Shown: positions 23,670 through 35,879 of the stretch, one piece after another
Position numbering within the stretch: the stretch's first letter is position 1
Layout of the letters: every line of letters starts with the position of its first letter
Origin: Phaeosaccion multiseriatum
Taxonomy: Eukaryota; Protista; Ochrophyta, other classes
DNA length: 64,000 nucleotides
Assembly (NCBI GenBank): GCA_965112735.1
Contig: OZ218950.1
Coordinates: 6,262,001-6,326,000 of the forward strand
Reading direction: 5' to 3'
Translations under genes and position numbers: made by a program
Notes under the pieces: model-generated
What the model saw: the letters and a program-made list of their open reading frames with translations, nothing else
Told to the model about the DNA's origin: nothing
Database searches by the model: none

Positions 23670-25072
23670 TTGTTGTCACCTACGACTCTGCTACTACTGC
23701 TGGAAGTGCTGCTCGTGTCTTCTACCATGCTCCAGTGCACCCTCCCTGTGGTCAAGGCGTGAGACACCGCGTTCCTATCTCCCCTCCGGACCATGGCAAA
23801 CCATTCCCCCTTTCCGAGCTCCCCCTTGTCCCTCGTCTCCTCCTGCAGGTCCCCCTCATCCTTCAGCCCCACCCTCGGGCCTTGCGGCAGCACCACCGCT
23901 CCATCTCCGGCCTCCCGTCGCTCAAGGAGGCCCTCTTCCTTCTCCTCGTCCTCGTCCTCGTCCTCCTCGTCCTCCTCCTCGTCCTCGTCCTCGTCCTCCT
24001 CGTCCTCCTCCTCCTCCTCCTGCTGCTGCTCCTCGCCGACGTCTTCGCTTCCCCTTCCCCTCCCCCTTCCCTCTCGTGCCTTGACTCCAGTCCGCTCGTT
24101 GAGTCCTTCATCTCTCTCCGGAGAGGCCAATGCCGGGCGAGGGGCGGGGGCCGGGGGTCTCCATGAATCTTCTCTACGCATGAATATCCGTTCACGCGCC
24201 TCCGTCCGCCTCGCAATGAGTCGCTGGGTTTCCATCTGCTGCCACCTCCTCCTCCATTTCCTCTTCATCTCCTCGCTGTACGCACGAACCACCACAGAGT
24301 CTGCCTGCAGAGCGCTTGCTTGTGGTAGCTCTATTTGCTGCTGCTGCTGAGCCTCCTCCCCTTCCTCCTCCTGCTGCTGCAGTTTGCTTCCCTGCTGGAG
24401 GGAACCATTTCCTCCTCGTACTGCTTTTGTCGATTCAGCGGACACATCGGCGCCGAGCCCTATGCCGCCCCCCCTACGCTCGACAGCAGCAAGGGAGGTG
24501 TAGGAACCCCGCGCTACTAATTGCAAGCGCGGACCACAGTTGAACTGATCCCGTGCTCCTTCGTTGTCGCGTGCTGCAGCTGCTGCAAAAGCTTCTTCCG
24601 AGGCGGCTTTGAGAAAGCGCAAAGCACGCGTGCGATAGCTGAACTCCACTTCCTGCGGGGGCGAGGCAGGGATGACTCTGCCCATGTCGGGACCAGGAGC
24701 ATCAGGAGAAGTGGGTAATGCAGGGGCGGGGTCATGGTGCGCCTCTCTTGCCGCTCGTCTTTCCCCTCCCTCTGTCTTGTCCTTCCTTCCAGGTCGCCGT
24801 TGCCGATGCCGCTGCTCCCGCCCCCTCCCATCTGACGCCTTCTCTCCCCTTTTCCTCGCCTGCTGCTGTCCGCGCGACTGCTCCTTCTGCTTCTCTCTTC
24901 TCTGGGTTTGTAGGGATCCTCTCTCCGTCCCGTTCTCAGTTGGAACGCCACCATTCTTCCTCCTACGCTGCCTGCTCTGTCGCTTTTCTCCTTTCTCGCC
25001 AGCTGTCGAGTCTACTGCCGCTACTTCTTTCGGTGACCATGATGCTGCGTGAGGATTCAGAACTCCCACCAT
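19277..25072 (-). CDS. Ankyrin-repeat + two BTB/POZ domain protein (ABTB/BPOZ-like Cul3 adaptor) with N-terminal PAM2-like motif
   Basis: Ankyrins NALHVAAEAG, TPLLIAASLGHEECVQELL, SPLHEAAAAG; BTBs YSDVVLRCSDGVEFEAHACIL and SDVVVEV..AHRAILAGSSETFAAML; probable in-frame 234-nt intron 20794-20561. Confidence 0.9.
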
Positions 25073-26351
25073 CCAAAGAGAGGTGTCAGCCACTTTGCGT
25101 CTCGTTCTGCTCGACCTGCCTCGGGTAGAATCCAGCCAATCCAGTCACAGATGGGTGGAAGCAGCTATGAGATGGGTCTTTTTGATTGATTGAGAGAGTG
25201 TATACGTCGGCCTCTCCCTACTCTGAGTACTTGCACGGCTCCGCTGCTGCTGAGCTTCCCTGCCCCCCTGCGACTGATGCGCCGCTCCCCACATTGACGC
25301 TCCTCTCTGTCGCTAGGCACTCACTGAGGCCATTCTTTCTCTTCTCCCTCTTTGCCCCTCTGAGACCAAGTTGCTACTACGCTGTATCAACGATAGCCCT
25401 CCTACCATGCCCAAACGCCCCGCCCTGCCCTGCTCTGCCCTCACCGAGAAGCAAGTCCCTGCTGAGGTGCCAAGAGCGCGGCGACCCAAAAGGAGGAGGG
25501 CGAGGAAACAAGCAGCTTCGCCGGGCAGCGGGCGCCTCTGTTACACCCCCCCTGGCCGCGTTGATCATGGCCGAGCTCCAGGGGGGCGGCGGAGCGCAAG
25601 ACGAAAGAGAGACCCGCCCGTGCTCTGCCTCCCCTCCTCCTCCTCCTCCTCCTCCTCCTCCTCCTCCTCCCCCCAGACTCGGAAACCCTTCCTCCCTTCG
25701 CAAGGCTGCTGCTGCTGCTGCTGTTGCTGCTGTCACCTTGAGGGGGGTGGGAGCGTGGACAGAAACAAATGCATACGGGCATGCAAGTCAGTTCGTGAGA
25801 AGCAGGACGGCAGCTCCTTCGGTTTCCTATACAGCGCAAGGAGAAGCAGGAGGGCTGACGCGGTTTGCGCATGAGATGATCGCACACCTTCATCTCCATC
25901 TGGACCAGGCAGAGGCGATGCTCCCTCTCCCCCGGGGGGCGCGTACCTAGCTCCTACGTAAGTGGCGTAGCGGGACAGGGAGGAGGGGCGGGAGGGGGGA
26001 GTCTCGGGTATCGGGCATCGAGGCCGCGACTCCTGCCCTTGGCCCAAGCAGTGCCGCCGCTGAACATGAGGCTGGGGCTGTGCGTCGGGAGGGTCGCCGG
26101 TGCTGCTGGCGCTGGGCTTCCTTTTGCTGCTGCTGAGAGCCCCTCCGCTGAAGGGGGTCGAAGCTCTGCCCTCCGCCCACATTGGTCCTCTCCTGCTCTC
26201 GTCGTTCGTGCTCCTCCTTCTCCGTCTGCTGCCATCGGCACCGCCTCCTTCGCTCCTCCGATTCGAGAAGAGAATGCAGGCGAATCTCCCACTCAGTCGT
26301 GCTAAGATTCTGACCCTCTAACCCTCCAATTCAGTTGAGGCACGTCATCCC

Positions 26352-28076
26352 CTAATAGCGAAACACCTCCAGCCCCTCGGGTAGATCTGCAGGCAGCGGG
26401 TAGTTGGTCCTTGCCCAAAGCTTCCTCAGTCCGGCAGGCAGGCTCTCCAAAGGGCAGGTGTAATTCCGTCCCAGTTCCAGAGTCCGCAGAGAAGCAGGCA
26501 GATCCAGAGGGAGGTTAAAGTCACACCCCATCTGCACCTCCTCCACACCACAAGGAAGGACCACCTGCTGATTGAACTCCGATTCGCTATCAAATCTGAT
26601 ATTCTTCAGAGAGGCAGGCAGCTCCAGAGGGAAATTAAAGTAACGCCCCATCTCCACCTCCTCCACACCACAAGGAAGGACCAACTGCTGATTGAACTCC
26701 GAGTCCCATTCAAACTTGATCTTCTTTAGCGAGGTAGGCAAGTCCAGAGGGAGGTTAAAGTGACGCCCCATCTGCACATCCTCCACACCACAAGGAAGGA
26801 CCAACTGCTGATTGAAGTAAGAGCGCCCTACAAACTTGATCTTCTTTAGCGAGGTAGGCAAGTCCAGAGGGAGGTTTAAGTCACGCCCCATCTCCACCTC
26901 CTCCACACCACAAGGAAGGACAACGTGCTGATTGAAGAGATAGCCAAATCTGATCCTCTTCAGAGAGGCAGGCAGCTCCAGAGGGAGGTTAAAGTGATAC
27001 CCCATCTGCACCTCCTCCACACCATAAGGAAGGACCAACTGCTGATCGAAGCTGGAGTAAAAATCAAACTCGATCTTCTTTAGCGAGGCAGGCAGCTCCA
27101 GAGGGTGGTTAAACTTACGCCCCATCTGCACCTCCTCCACACCGCAAGGAAGGATCAACTGCTGATTGAACTTCCAGCCAAATCTGACCTTCTTCAGAGA
27201 GGCAGGCAGCTCCAGAGGGTGATTAAAGTCTTCCCCCATCTCCACCTCCTCCACACCATAAGGAAGGACCAACTGCTGATTGAACTCCGAGCCCCCTTCA
27301 AAAAAGATCTTCTTCAGAGAGGCAGGAAGCTCCAGAGGGAGGTTAAAGTGACGCCCCATCTCCACCTCCTCCACACCACAAGGAAGGACCAACTGCTGAT
27401 TGAAATCCGAGCGACAATAAAACTTGATCTTCTTCAGCGAGGCAGGGAGATTGATGTGTTTGTTAAATTGCCGCCCGAATTCCACTTCCACAACTGTGCC
27501 AGGAAGACATACGTCGGCCTGATTGAAACACTCAGAGAGGCGCACAAGCCTGACCGATGCTGGCAGCAGCGCGAGTACCTTCCCTACGAGAGCCTCATCA
27601 GCAGAAACCTTGGCGTCGTCATCTTGGTAGGTCTTGAAACCGAGCTCCACAGACACCACGCGAAAGAAGCCCCCCTCACCAGGACATCCAGCTTGATTGC
27701 GCTGTCTCTTCCCACGTCGCTCCTGCTGCTGCTGCGCTTCCTGCCTCGCCCGAATCCTCTCCGATCTTTGCGCTCCCTCCGCAGGTCGTCTTTCCTCACA
27801 GCCAGTAGATGGAGCAGCAGAGGCAGTACGCATAGTCGCGGAAGACGAAGCCAAAGCAGCACTTCTCCCCTCCTCTTGCTGCTGCCGCTTCAGCAGACTC
27901 AGCATGCGCTGCTGGACACGCTCGGGCATTTCGGCGTTGATCCTCAGAGTGCGGGTGGTGACCTCATCGACCTCCTTGCACACCCCCCACAGAGCTTTGG
28001 CAGAGAAAAAGCTGGCCACAGTCCTTAGAGCCGCTGTCCCTGCCCCAGGCGTAGCATCGCCCGTCTCCCCCCTCAT
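26352..28076 (-). CDS. F-box-like / FNIP-type repeat protein, paralogue 1 (8 double repeats), intronless
   Basis: Repeats FNQQLVLPCGVEEVEMGxx-FNLPLELPASLKKIxFxxx(xx); N-terminal ALRTVASFFSAKALWGVCKEV. Confidence 0.85.
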   Translation of the reverse strand: MRGETGDATPGAGTAALRTVASFFSAKALWGVCKEVDEVTTRTLRINAEMPERVQQRMLSLLKRQQQEEGRSAALASSSATMRTASAAPSTGCEERRPAEGAQRSERIRARQEAQQQQERRGKRQRNQAGCPGEGGFFRVVSVELGFKTYQDDDAKVSADEALVGKVLALLPASVRLVRLSECFNQADVCLPGTVVEVEFGRQFNKHINLPASLKKIKFYCRSDFNQQLVLPCGVEEVEMGRHFNLPLELPASLKKIFFEGGSEFNQQLVLPYGVEEVEMGEDFNHPLELPASLKKVRFGWKFNQQLILPCGVEEVQMGRKFNHPLELPASLKKIEFDFYSSFDQQLVLPYGVEEVQMGYHFNLPLELPASLKRIRFGYLFNQHVVLPCGVEEVEMGRDLNLPLDLPTSLKKIKFVGRSYFNQQLVLPCGVEDVQMGRHFNLPLDLPTSLKKIKFEWDSEFNQQLVLPCGVEEVEMGRYFNFPLELPASLKNIRFDSESEFNQQVVLPCGVEEVQMGCDFNLPLDLPASLRTLELGRNYTCPLESLPAGLRKLWARTNYPLPADLPEGLEVFRY

Positions 28077-28735
28077 TTCTCCCCCCTCGACCTTCCCCCG
28101 GCGAATCTCTTCTTCCTGTCCTGGAACCTACCTGGGACTGCCCTCCTCCGTCCTCTGCCACCACTGCTACTACTCCCTCTTCTCTCTTGGATCTCTCGCT
28201 GCCCTGCTGGCTGCTGCTCCGTCTGCCAAGCTGCGGGGCAAGGACCGCCCTCCTCGGGTAGACTCCAGTCAATCCATCCGTTCTAAATTCCCCAAACCTT
28301 TGATTCATTGATAGAGTAGTTGCTACCTCTGCCTCGCCCTACTCTGAGTACTTGCACAGACTGATCCATTATTGCTGCTGTTTTGCTATGTGGCACGAGC
28401 TCCACGAGGAGGGCGAGGCAACCTCGAGCGAAGACGAGTACAGTGATGGAGCTGACGTCCATGCCCTCGCAAGGGCGCCAGCGGCGGAAGGTTACCAAGG
28501 AGGAGGAGGGAAAGGGCCACGCGCCAAGTCGGGGCGAGATGACGCCGAAGCAGAGCTCCGCTGTTGCTGAGCTTCCCTGCCCCCTGCGACTGAGCGCCGC
28601 TCCCCTCCTGGACGCTCCTCAGTCCTACTGCCAAATGTTCCACCTTACTTTACGCTACTCCTCTCCCCTCCCCTCCCCTCCTCTCCCCTCCCCTCCCCTC
28701 CCCTCCCCTCCCCTCCCCTCCCCTCCCCTCCTGCT

Positions 28736-29373
28736 TCACTCCTCGTCCCCCATCCCCAGCTCCTCCTTGGCAGCGAGGTGCTCCTTGGCCACAAGCAGAC
28801 ACGTCATGGCATCGTGCAGCTCGTGCAAGTAGCGCGAGTGGAGCACGCCCTTCTCGTACAGACAAAGCGCCTCCTCCACCTTGCCCTCCTGCATGCGCAA
28901 CTGACCAAGGTCCATATAGGCTGGAGGGAGGGGAGGGGAGGGGAGCGAAGGACGTAGGGAGGGAGGGGCGAAGGGGGCGCACAACAGACGGACGACCGTG
29001 CAATTAGGAACAGGAGAGGAGCCTGAAGTGGGTGAGGCTGTGAGTGGTCCTTCCTCTGCTCTTCATCCTTGACAACCCACCGCCTCCTTCTCCTCCTCCT
29101 CCTCCTGCTCCTCCTCCTCTCCTCCTCCTCCTCTGCCGCCGCCGCCGCCGCCCCCGCCTCCACCTCCTGCCCGCTTGACACCCCACGAAGGCACTTCCCT
29201 TCCTCTGCTTGTCCTCCCTGCAAACCCACCTAGTCCTACCCCCCCCCCCCCCCATCCACTGCCATCCTCCCTCCCCACCAACGCACCTTCTGGACAGTGA
29301 GGATCCACCTCTAGTGCCCTGGCCAGGTGAGTGCTGGCGGAGGAGAGGTCGTTCAGAGACATGTAGGCCCGAG
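28736..29373 (-). pseudogene. Duplicated last two exons (plus intron) of the Tom70-like TPR gene
   Basis: RAYMSLNDLSSASTHLARALEVDPHCP and YMDLGQLRMQEGKVEEALCLYEKG...GDEE are near-identical to 60563-61180; splice sites intact; upstream exons absent. Confidence 0.85.
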
Positions 29374-30218
29374 CTGTGAGTAGAGATCAGAAAAGGAGTG
29401 ATGTAGCACCAGAAAAGAGAGAGGGAGGGAGAGAGGGAGAGAGAGAGAGGGAAAGAAAGGGACAATTATGTGTGAGAGAGATACCGCGAGTGAGAAGGAG
29501 AGAGCGACAGAGGAGGGGGAGAAAAGCAGATTACGAGCAATGCAACAGAGGGTTGGAGAAAGAGAGGCACACACTGAGAGAAAAAGGGGTGGAGAGGGCG
29601 ACAGAGAGAGTGACAGAAAGAACAAGAGGAGCGGTCAGAGACTACGTGCCTGCAAGTCAGTTCGAGAGAAGTGAGAGAGCAACACAGATCCCCTTCCCAT
29701 ACAGCGCAAGGAGAGGGGGGGGGGGGGGGGTGACGCGATTTCCGAATGAAATGATCGCTCACCTTTGTCTCCATCCGGACCAGGCAGACACGAGGCTCCC
29801 TCTCCCCCGGGGGGTACGTACCAAGCCGCTGCAGACGCACTGCAGCGAGAGAGGGAGGAGGAGCGGGAGGGTGGAGTCTCGGGTATCGGGCATCGAGGCC
29901 GCGACTCCTGCCCTTGGCCCAAGCAGTGCCGCCGCTGAACATGAGGCTGGGGCTGCGCGTCGGAAGGGTCGCCGGTGCTGCTGGCGCTGGGCTTTCTTCT
30001 CCTGCTGCTGAGAGCCCCTCCGCTGAAGGGGGTCGAAGCTCTACCCTCCGCCCACATTGGTCCTCTCCTGCTCTCGTCGTTCGTGGTCCTCCTTCTCCGT
30101 CTGCTGCCATCGGCCCCGCCTCCTCCGATTCGAGAAGAGAATGCAGGCGAACCTCCCACTCAGCCGTGCTAAAATCCTGACCCTCTAACTCTCCAATTCT
30201 GTTGAAGAACGTCATCCC

Positions 30219-31586
30219 TTAACAGCGAAACACCTCCAGCCCCTCGGGTAGATCTGCAGGCAGCGGGTAGTCGATCCCAACCCAAAGCACCCTAAGGCCA
30301 GCAGGCAGGCCCTCCATAGGGCAGGTGTAATTCCGTCCCAGTTTCAGAGTCCGCAGAGAAGCAGGCAGCTCCAAAGGGAGGTCAAAGTCACGCCCCATCC
30401 TCACCTCCTCCACACCACAAGGAAGGACCAACTGCTGATTGAACTTCGAGTACCCATAAAACCTGATCTTCTTCAGAGAGGTAGGCAGCTCCAGAGGGAG
30501 GTTGAAGTCATCCCCCATCTCCACCTCCTCCACACCACAAGGAAGGACCAACTGCTGATTGAACTTGCTACCAAAGCTGATCTTCTTCAACGAGGCAGGC
30601 AGCTCCAGAGGGAGGTTAAAGTCAAGCCCCATCTCTACCTCCTCCACACCACAAGGAAGGACCACGTGCAGATTGAAGCGATAGCCGAATTTGATCCTCT
30701 TCAGAGAGGCAGGCAGCTCCAGAGGGAGGTTAAAGCCATCCCCCATCTCCACCTCCGCCACACCACAAGGAAGGACCACGTGCTGATTAAATCCTCCGCA
30801 GAATTTGATCTTCTTCAGAGAGGCCGGCAGCTCCAGAGGGACGTTAAAGTAAAGCCCCATCTCCACCTCCTCCACACCACAAGGAAGGACCAACTGCTGA
30901 TTGAACTTCGAGTACTTATAAAACTTGATCTTCTTCAGAGAGGCAGGGAGATCGATATGTTTGTTGAATTGCCAGCCAAGCTCCACTTCCACAACTGTGC
31001 CGGGAAGACATACGTCGGCCTGATTGAAATACTCAGAGAAGCGCACAAGCCTGACCGATGCTGGCAGCAGCGCGAGTGCCTTCCCTACGAGAGCCTCATC
31101 AGCACAAACCTTGGCGTCGTCATCTTTGTACGTGCTGAGGCCGAGCTCCACAGACACCACGCGAAAGAAGCCCCCCTCACCAGGAGATCCAGCCTCATTG
31201 CGCTGCCTCTTTCCACGTCGCTCCTGCTGCTGCTGCGCTTCCTGCCTCGCCCGAATCCTCCCCGATCTTCGCGCCCCCTCTGCAGGACATCTTTCCTCAC
31301 AGCCAGCAGCTACAGCAGCAGAGGCAGTACACATAGTCGCGGAAGACGAAGCCAAAGCAGCGCTTCTCCCCTCCTCTTCCTGCTGCCGCTTCAACAGACT
31401 CAGTATGCGCTGCTGGACATGCTGGGGCATTTCGGCGTTGATCCTCAGAGTGCGGGCGGTGACCTCATCGACCTCCTTGCACACCCCCCACAGAGCTTTG
31501 GTGGAGATGAGGCTGGCCACAGTCCTTAGAGCCGCTGTTCCTGCCCCAGGGGTGGCATTGCCTCCCCCGCCCCCGCGCCCCCTCAT
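30219..31586 (-). CDS. F-box-like / FNIP-type repeat protein, paralogue 2 (5 double repeats), intronless
   Basis: Same architecture as 26352-28076; the first about 10 codons differ (duplication junction). Confidence 0.85.
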   Translation of the reverse strand: MRGRGGGGGNATPGAGTAALRTVASLISTKALWGVCKEVDEVTARTLRINAEMPQHVQQRILSLLKRQQEEEGRSAALASSSATMCTASAAVAAGCEERCPAEGARRSGRIRARQEAQQQQERRGKRQRNEAGSPGEGGFFRVVSVELGLSTYKDDDAKVCADEALVGKALALLPASVRLVRFSEYFNQADVCLPGTVVEVELGWQFNKHIDLPASLKKIKFYKYSKFNQQLVLPCGVEEVEMGLYFNVPLELPASLKKIKFCGGFNQHVVLPCGVAEVEMGDGFNLPLELPASLKRIKFGYRFNLHVVLPCGVEEVEMGLDFNLPLELPASLKKISFGSKFNQQLVLPCGVEEVEMGDDFNLPLELPTSLKKIRFYGYSKFNQQLVLPCGVEEVRMGRDFDLPLELPASLRTLKLGRNYTCPMEGLPAGLRVLWVGIDYPLPADLPEGLEVFRC

Positions 31587-31703
31587 TTGCCGTATTGGTT
31601 TTCGTTTATTTCGTCGTTTGCTTTGCTTCTTTTGCAGCGAGCACGGCGTCTCGGATTACAACACGCGCGGATGAAATTTGGGGAACCCCAAACACCACAC
31701 ACC

Positions 31704-34700
31704 ATGGCACCTCCTAGTGCTGCTGCAGCTGCCGCAGCTGCTGTGGCGTGTTCGCTTCTACTGACTCGAGCCCCAACTCCTTCACACGCTTTTGTGGGGG
31801 TCGATCTCGGTGCAGCGGGGGGCAAGCCGAGGGCCGGGGCGAGACTGAGTGGTGGTGGTGGTGGGGCTGGCTCTGAATGCCACGGCGGTCGAGCTCTGGG
31901 TCAGAGGAGGAGACGGCCTCGCTTAGAGGTCTCTCCGGTATCTAGTTTGGGAGGAGCAAGAGGGAGTGGAGACAGCAGCAGAAGGGCATGGTTGGCACCG
32001 CCGCTGGGTCTGGCGGCATCATCGGGCTCAGCCGAGGCCTCCTCTGCCCCGACAAATTCCTCGCCGCTGGCGGACGGTATGGCCCAACCTCTTCCTGAGT
32101 GGTCTGAGCAGGAAATTGGGCGAATAGAGATTCCTGGTGTGCCGCCTGCTCCGCTGAATACGTATTTGTACGAATGGGGCGAGTCGCGGGTGGGAGACAG
32201 CACCCCTTCTTTACTCGGAGGAGGTGATGACCCAGACGACATGCTGGACCCCGTCCTAGCGATGCAGAGGGGCAAGCGGGCGGCGGCAGCGGGCGAGTCG
32301 AGGGGGGTATCATCCCGCCCGCGCTCAGGGGTCCCTCGGCTGACGCTACCCGTCGTGACCGAGGTCAATGAGGTGGGGCTGACTCTCCGCTTCGAAGCGT
32401 GCCCCAGCGACACCATAGAGCTCACAATCTACGCCCTCTACGGAGGCTCAAGCTGCGTGGTGGTCAAGGCTGGGGGCAAGGGAGAGGCGAGGAGCAATCT
32501 CATGGGTGTGCAGGTGGGAGCGCTGGTGCGAGATGCTGAGAAGACGGTGCTCAACAAGCTCAAGATGGATCTCAATAGCTTTGCGGGAGAGTACAGCTAC
32601 GTACAGCGGCAAAAGGCCAGGGCGATGCCGAGACCGGTGTCGACGACTGACATGACGGATGAAGAGACATTGGAGTTCTTTTATGGCGACGTGGGGGAGT
32701 TGGTGGGGGTGAAGGACAAGAACAAGAAGCCCTCCTTACGAGAGGTTGAGCAGGAGGAGAAAAGGACGAGGGAAGAAGGAGGGGGGAAAGGGGGGGAGGA
32801 GGGAGGGGAGGGTCGAGGGCCGCAGAAGCCGCAGCTGAGCAAGACGGCCTTCCCCGGGGGGATGAAGGTGCCCCTGACAGAGCTGGCGTTCAAGGACCCC
32901 GACGCCAAGATGGAGACGTTGAACTTGTTCGAGGGCGTGCAACAGGGGGATAAGAAGGGGGGAGAGGAAGACCCCACCAACTACGGCATGCAAGGCTTCG
33001 AAGGCGTGCTGAGGGACCTCCAGAAGACGGAAGCGAACACTGCGACAGACTCGGGCCCAACGTCGGGCTCGGTCTCGGGCTCGCAGCCAACGCTAGAGCA
33101 GCTCTTCGAGGAGGGTAAGAAGGCCGCCATGGAGGGCATGGGGGGCGTGGAGGATCAGCTCATAATCCCCATTGAAGAGGACCTGGTGCAGCTGAATGTG
33201 TCGCTGGAGGGCACCGGTCTCAAGGGAGGGATTGACATCTTCACAGGACCACCCAAGACAGCGGGGAGCGACCTTGTGCGGGGACAGGAGCGCAAGGCTT
33301 TGGAGAAGATGATGGCAGTGGATGGGCAGCAGCAGGGGGTGGGGGAGGGGAAGGGGGAGGAAAAGCCGCAGATGTTCGGTTTGTATGATGAGGATGACGA
33401 GCTGGTGCTCCTCGTCACACAGGAGGAGATGGAGGCCATTGACCAGGACCAGTTCGGGGAGGAGTTGACCCTTGTGGACTTCCTCATTGACGAACTGGAG
33501 AGGTTCCCGAAGGAACGCTGGACGCCAATCATGGTGGAGTACAACTCAGTGCTACTCAACCCTTACTTCATCCTCTCTATGCGGAGTAGGATACCCAAAA
33601 TGAAGACGGAGTTGCGGAGAGAGGTCATGGGTGCGCTGAACCAGAGGGCCATTGTGTTGGTGCAACAGTTGGCGGATATGCAGCAGCGCCTGGAGATGCA
33701 ACAGCTGGAGAAGATTCGCACCATTTGCGAAACGGCAATGAGGGACATGAGTGAACTGCCCGATAAGGTACGCAAAGTTGAGAGAGGGAGAGGGAAAGAG
33801 AGAGACGGGGGGGGGGGGGGGGGGGGAGGGAGAGCGAGAGAGAGAGAGGGAGAGAGGGAGAGAGAGAGAACTGGAGAGGCGGATGCCACGGGTACAGCAG
33901 CCGCAGGGAAGGGAGGGGTTGGGGGAAAATGATGAGGAGGATGATATGGAGGAGGAGCAGGAGGAGGAGGAGGAGGAGGAGGAGGAGGAGGAGAAGGAGG
34001 AGAAGGAGGAGGAGAAGTTGTGAGGATGAGGAGGAGCGGGAGGAGGAGGAGGAGGAGGAGCAGGACTCAGGACTCAGGACTCAGGACGCAGGATAGAGGA
34101 GGGATGGGAGAGAGAGCGAACGAGACAAAGAGGAGGGGGGACGGGAAATGCTGGAAAGCCCACTCGCTCAATTTCTGTGTGACTGGTAACGATCACCCCC
34201 TCACACTTTTCGGTCCGTGTGTGTGTGTGTGCGCGCGCGTGTGTGCGTACAGGTGCGGAGTATGAAGCCTATCCTGGGCCCGGAGTTTCTTGCGTACATC
34301 AGCTACGCCATTGACAAGGAGCGCGCCGAGATTCGGAAGAGCGGATTTGATCCCAATAAAGAACCTTCCGTGTGGCAGCAGGTTAGTTCGTTGACTTGTG
34401 CGGTTAGTTGACTGAGTTGAGTTGGTTGAGTAAGTTGAGGTAGTTAATGGTGGGTTGCTTAGTTGGTTGGCTAGTCAGATACTTGCGTAGTTGCGTAGTT
34501 GCTTAGTTGGGTGTTGCTTGTGTGGTTGGTTGCTTAGTCCCCCGACCGCTGTGGTTGAACGAAAACAAACGAAAACAACCAACCAACCAACCAACCAACC
34601 AACGCACGAACGATCAAACGATCAGGTGCTGGGTGTGATTCAGCAGGGTGTGCTTGCTGAGATGGAGAAGGAGATTCACGACGATCTCATGGACATTTGG

Positions 34701-35879
34701 TACGTCCTTCGCATGAAGCACCCGGAGGAGAGGAGGAGGCTGTTGGAGTTTACCATCAACGATCTTCCCACCCTCGACGTGCGCCGCTTCAAGAAGGTAG
34801 GTGTAGGTGGGTGGCACGCGTGTCTATACCTTTAGTGAATCATCTTTAGAGCAAGTAGGATGGCAGTCGGAACTGACTGAATTGTCGTTAGTGAGGTGTA
34901 CTTTTCTTACTGACTGACCTCAGGAGTAGATGCCATATTCACGACTCGACTTCGATTGGCATTGACCATGACACACAAAGTCACTTAACAACTTAACAAC
35001 TGACTTCCTTACTCAACGATCCCGTAAACAACAACAAAACATTCAACGCAGGTGGCCACCAATATTGTGGACAACTTTGCGATGCGGAGAGAGGCCGACC
35101 CCGTCCTCCGGGAGCGTGTCAAGGAGTTTGGCGTTCTGATGGACGAGCTGCTATGCCCCAGGAGGGTGGAGATTATGAGCCGAGATGCGGACGCCGCAGC
35201 CAAGAGAAAGATGGACGAGGTGAAGGACCTCCAGCGATTGCAGGAAGAGTACGATCGGGTGGGGAGGGCGGGTAAAGGACAGTACGCACCGCAGTATCAG
35301 GAGTACGTTTCCCCTGTGGATCAGCTGGCTATGGAGACACAGCAGCTACGAGACGACGAAAAGGCCAGCGGGATGCCTCGGCTCGTGCCGGAGGGGTACG
35401 ACATGGCGACTGCGATCAAGGCCCTTCGAGCGAGGGAGTTGGAGTCGAAGATCAACGCTGCTGCCATGCCGAAGGGGATGGGACAGTTGCCCAAGAGCGA
35501 GATGCAGAGTGACATGGAGACGGTGGAGGAAGGAGAGTCATACGACGAACAGATCATGTTCGGGGGCCCGGATGGACAGAGTGGGGATCTGAGCGACTAT
35601 GAGGGAGGGGAGGACGCGTACTTGAGTGCGCTGCGAGGGACTGGGGGTGAGAGCGGGAGCGGTGCTGCTGCAGGAGCGCAGATGCAGCAGCAGATGCAGG
35701 GGGTAGGGGAGGAGAAGAAGCAGGGTGGAGGCGACGACGACGACGATGACGACGACGACGAGGAGGAGGAGGAGGAGGAGGAAGAGGCATGGGACGATGA
35801 CGGATGGGGCAGTTACGATGCCAACGACATTGGTCCCCAAGAGCTTGACTCACTAAGAGATGCGTCTGATTCCCAGTGA
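31704..35879 (+). CDS. Plastid-targeted protein of unknown function
   Basis: Exons 31704-33767, 34253-34381, 34626-34796, 35052-35879 in frame; signal peptide ending SHA-FV followed by an R/S-rich transit peptide. Confidence 0.75.

Larger units (their letters stand above)
25183..31560 (-). repeat. Segmental duplication arm: tandem units homologous (inverted) to 60540-64000
   Basis: 29457-31560 matches 61550-64000; 28640-29400 matches 60540-61230; 25750-28270 matches 61330-63810; 25183-25310 resembles 28300-28620 and 61255-61300. Confidence 0.9.

Noticed and set aside
25186-25950. 254-aa plus-strand ORF between ANK-BTB and FNIP copy 1
   Set aside because: Non-ATG start, mosaic of duplication fragments and microsatellites, no domain signal.
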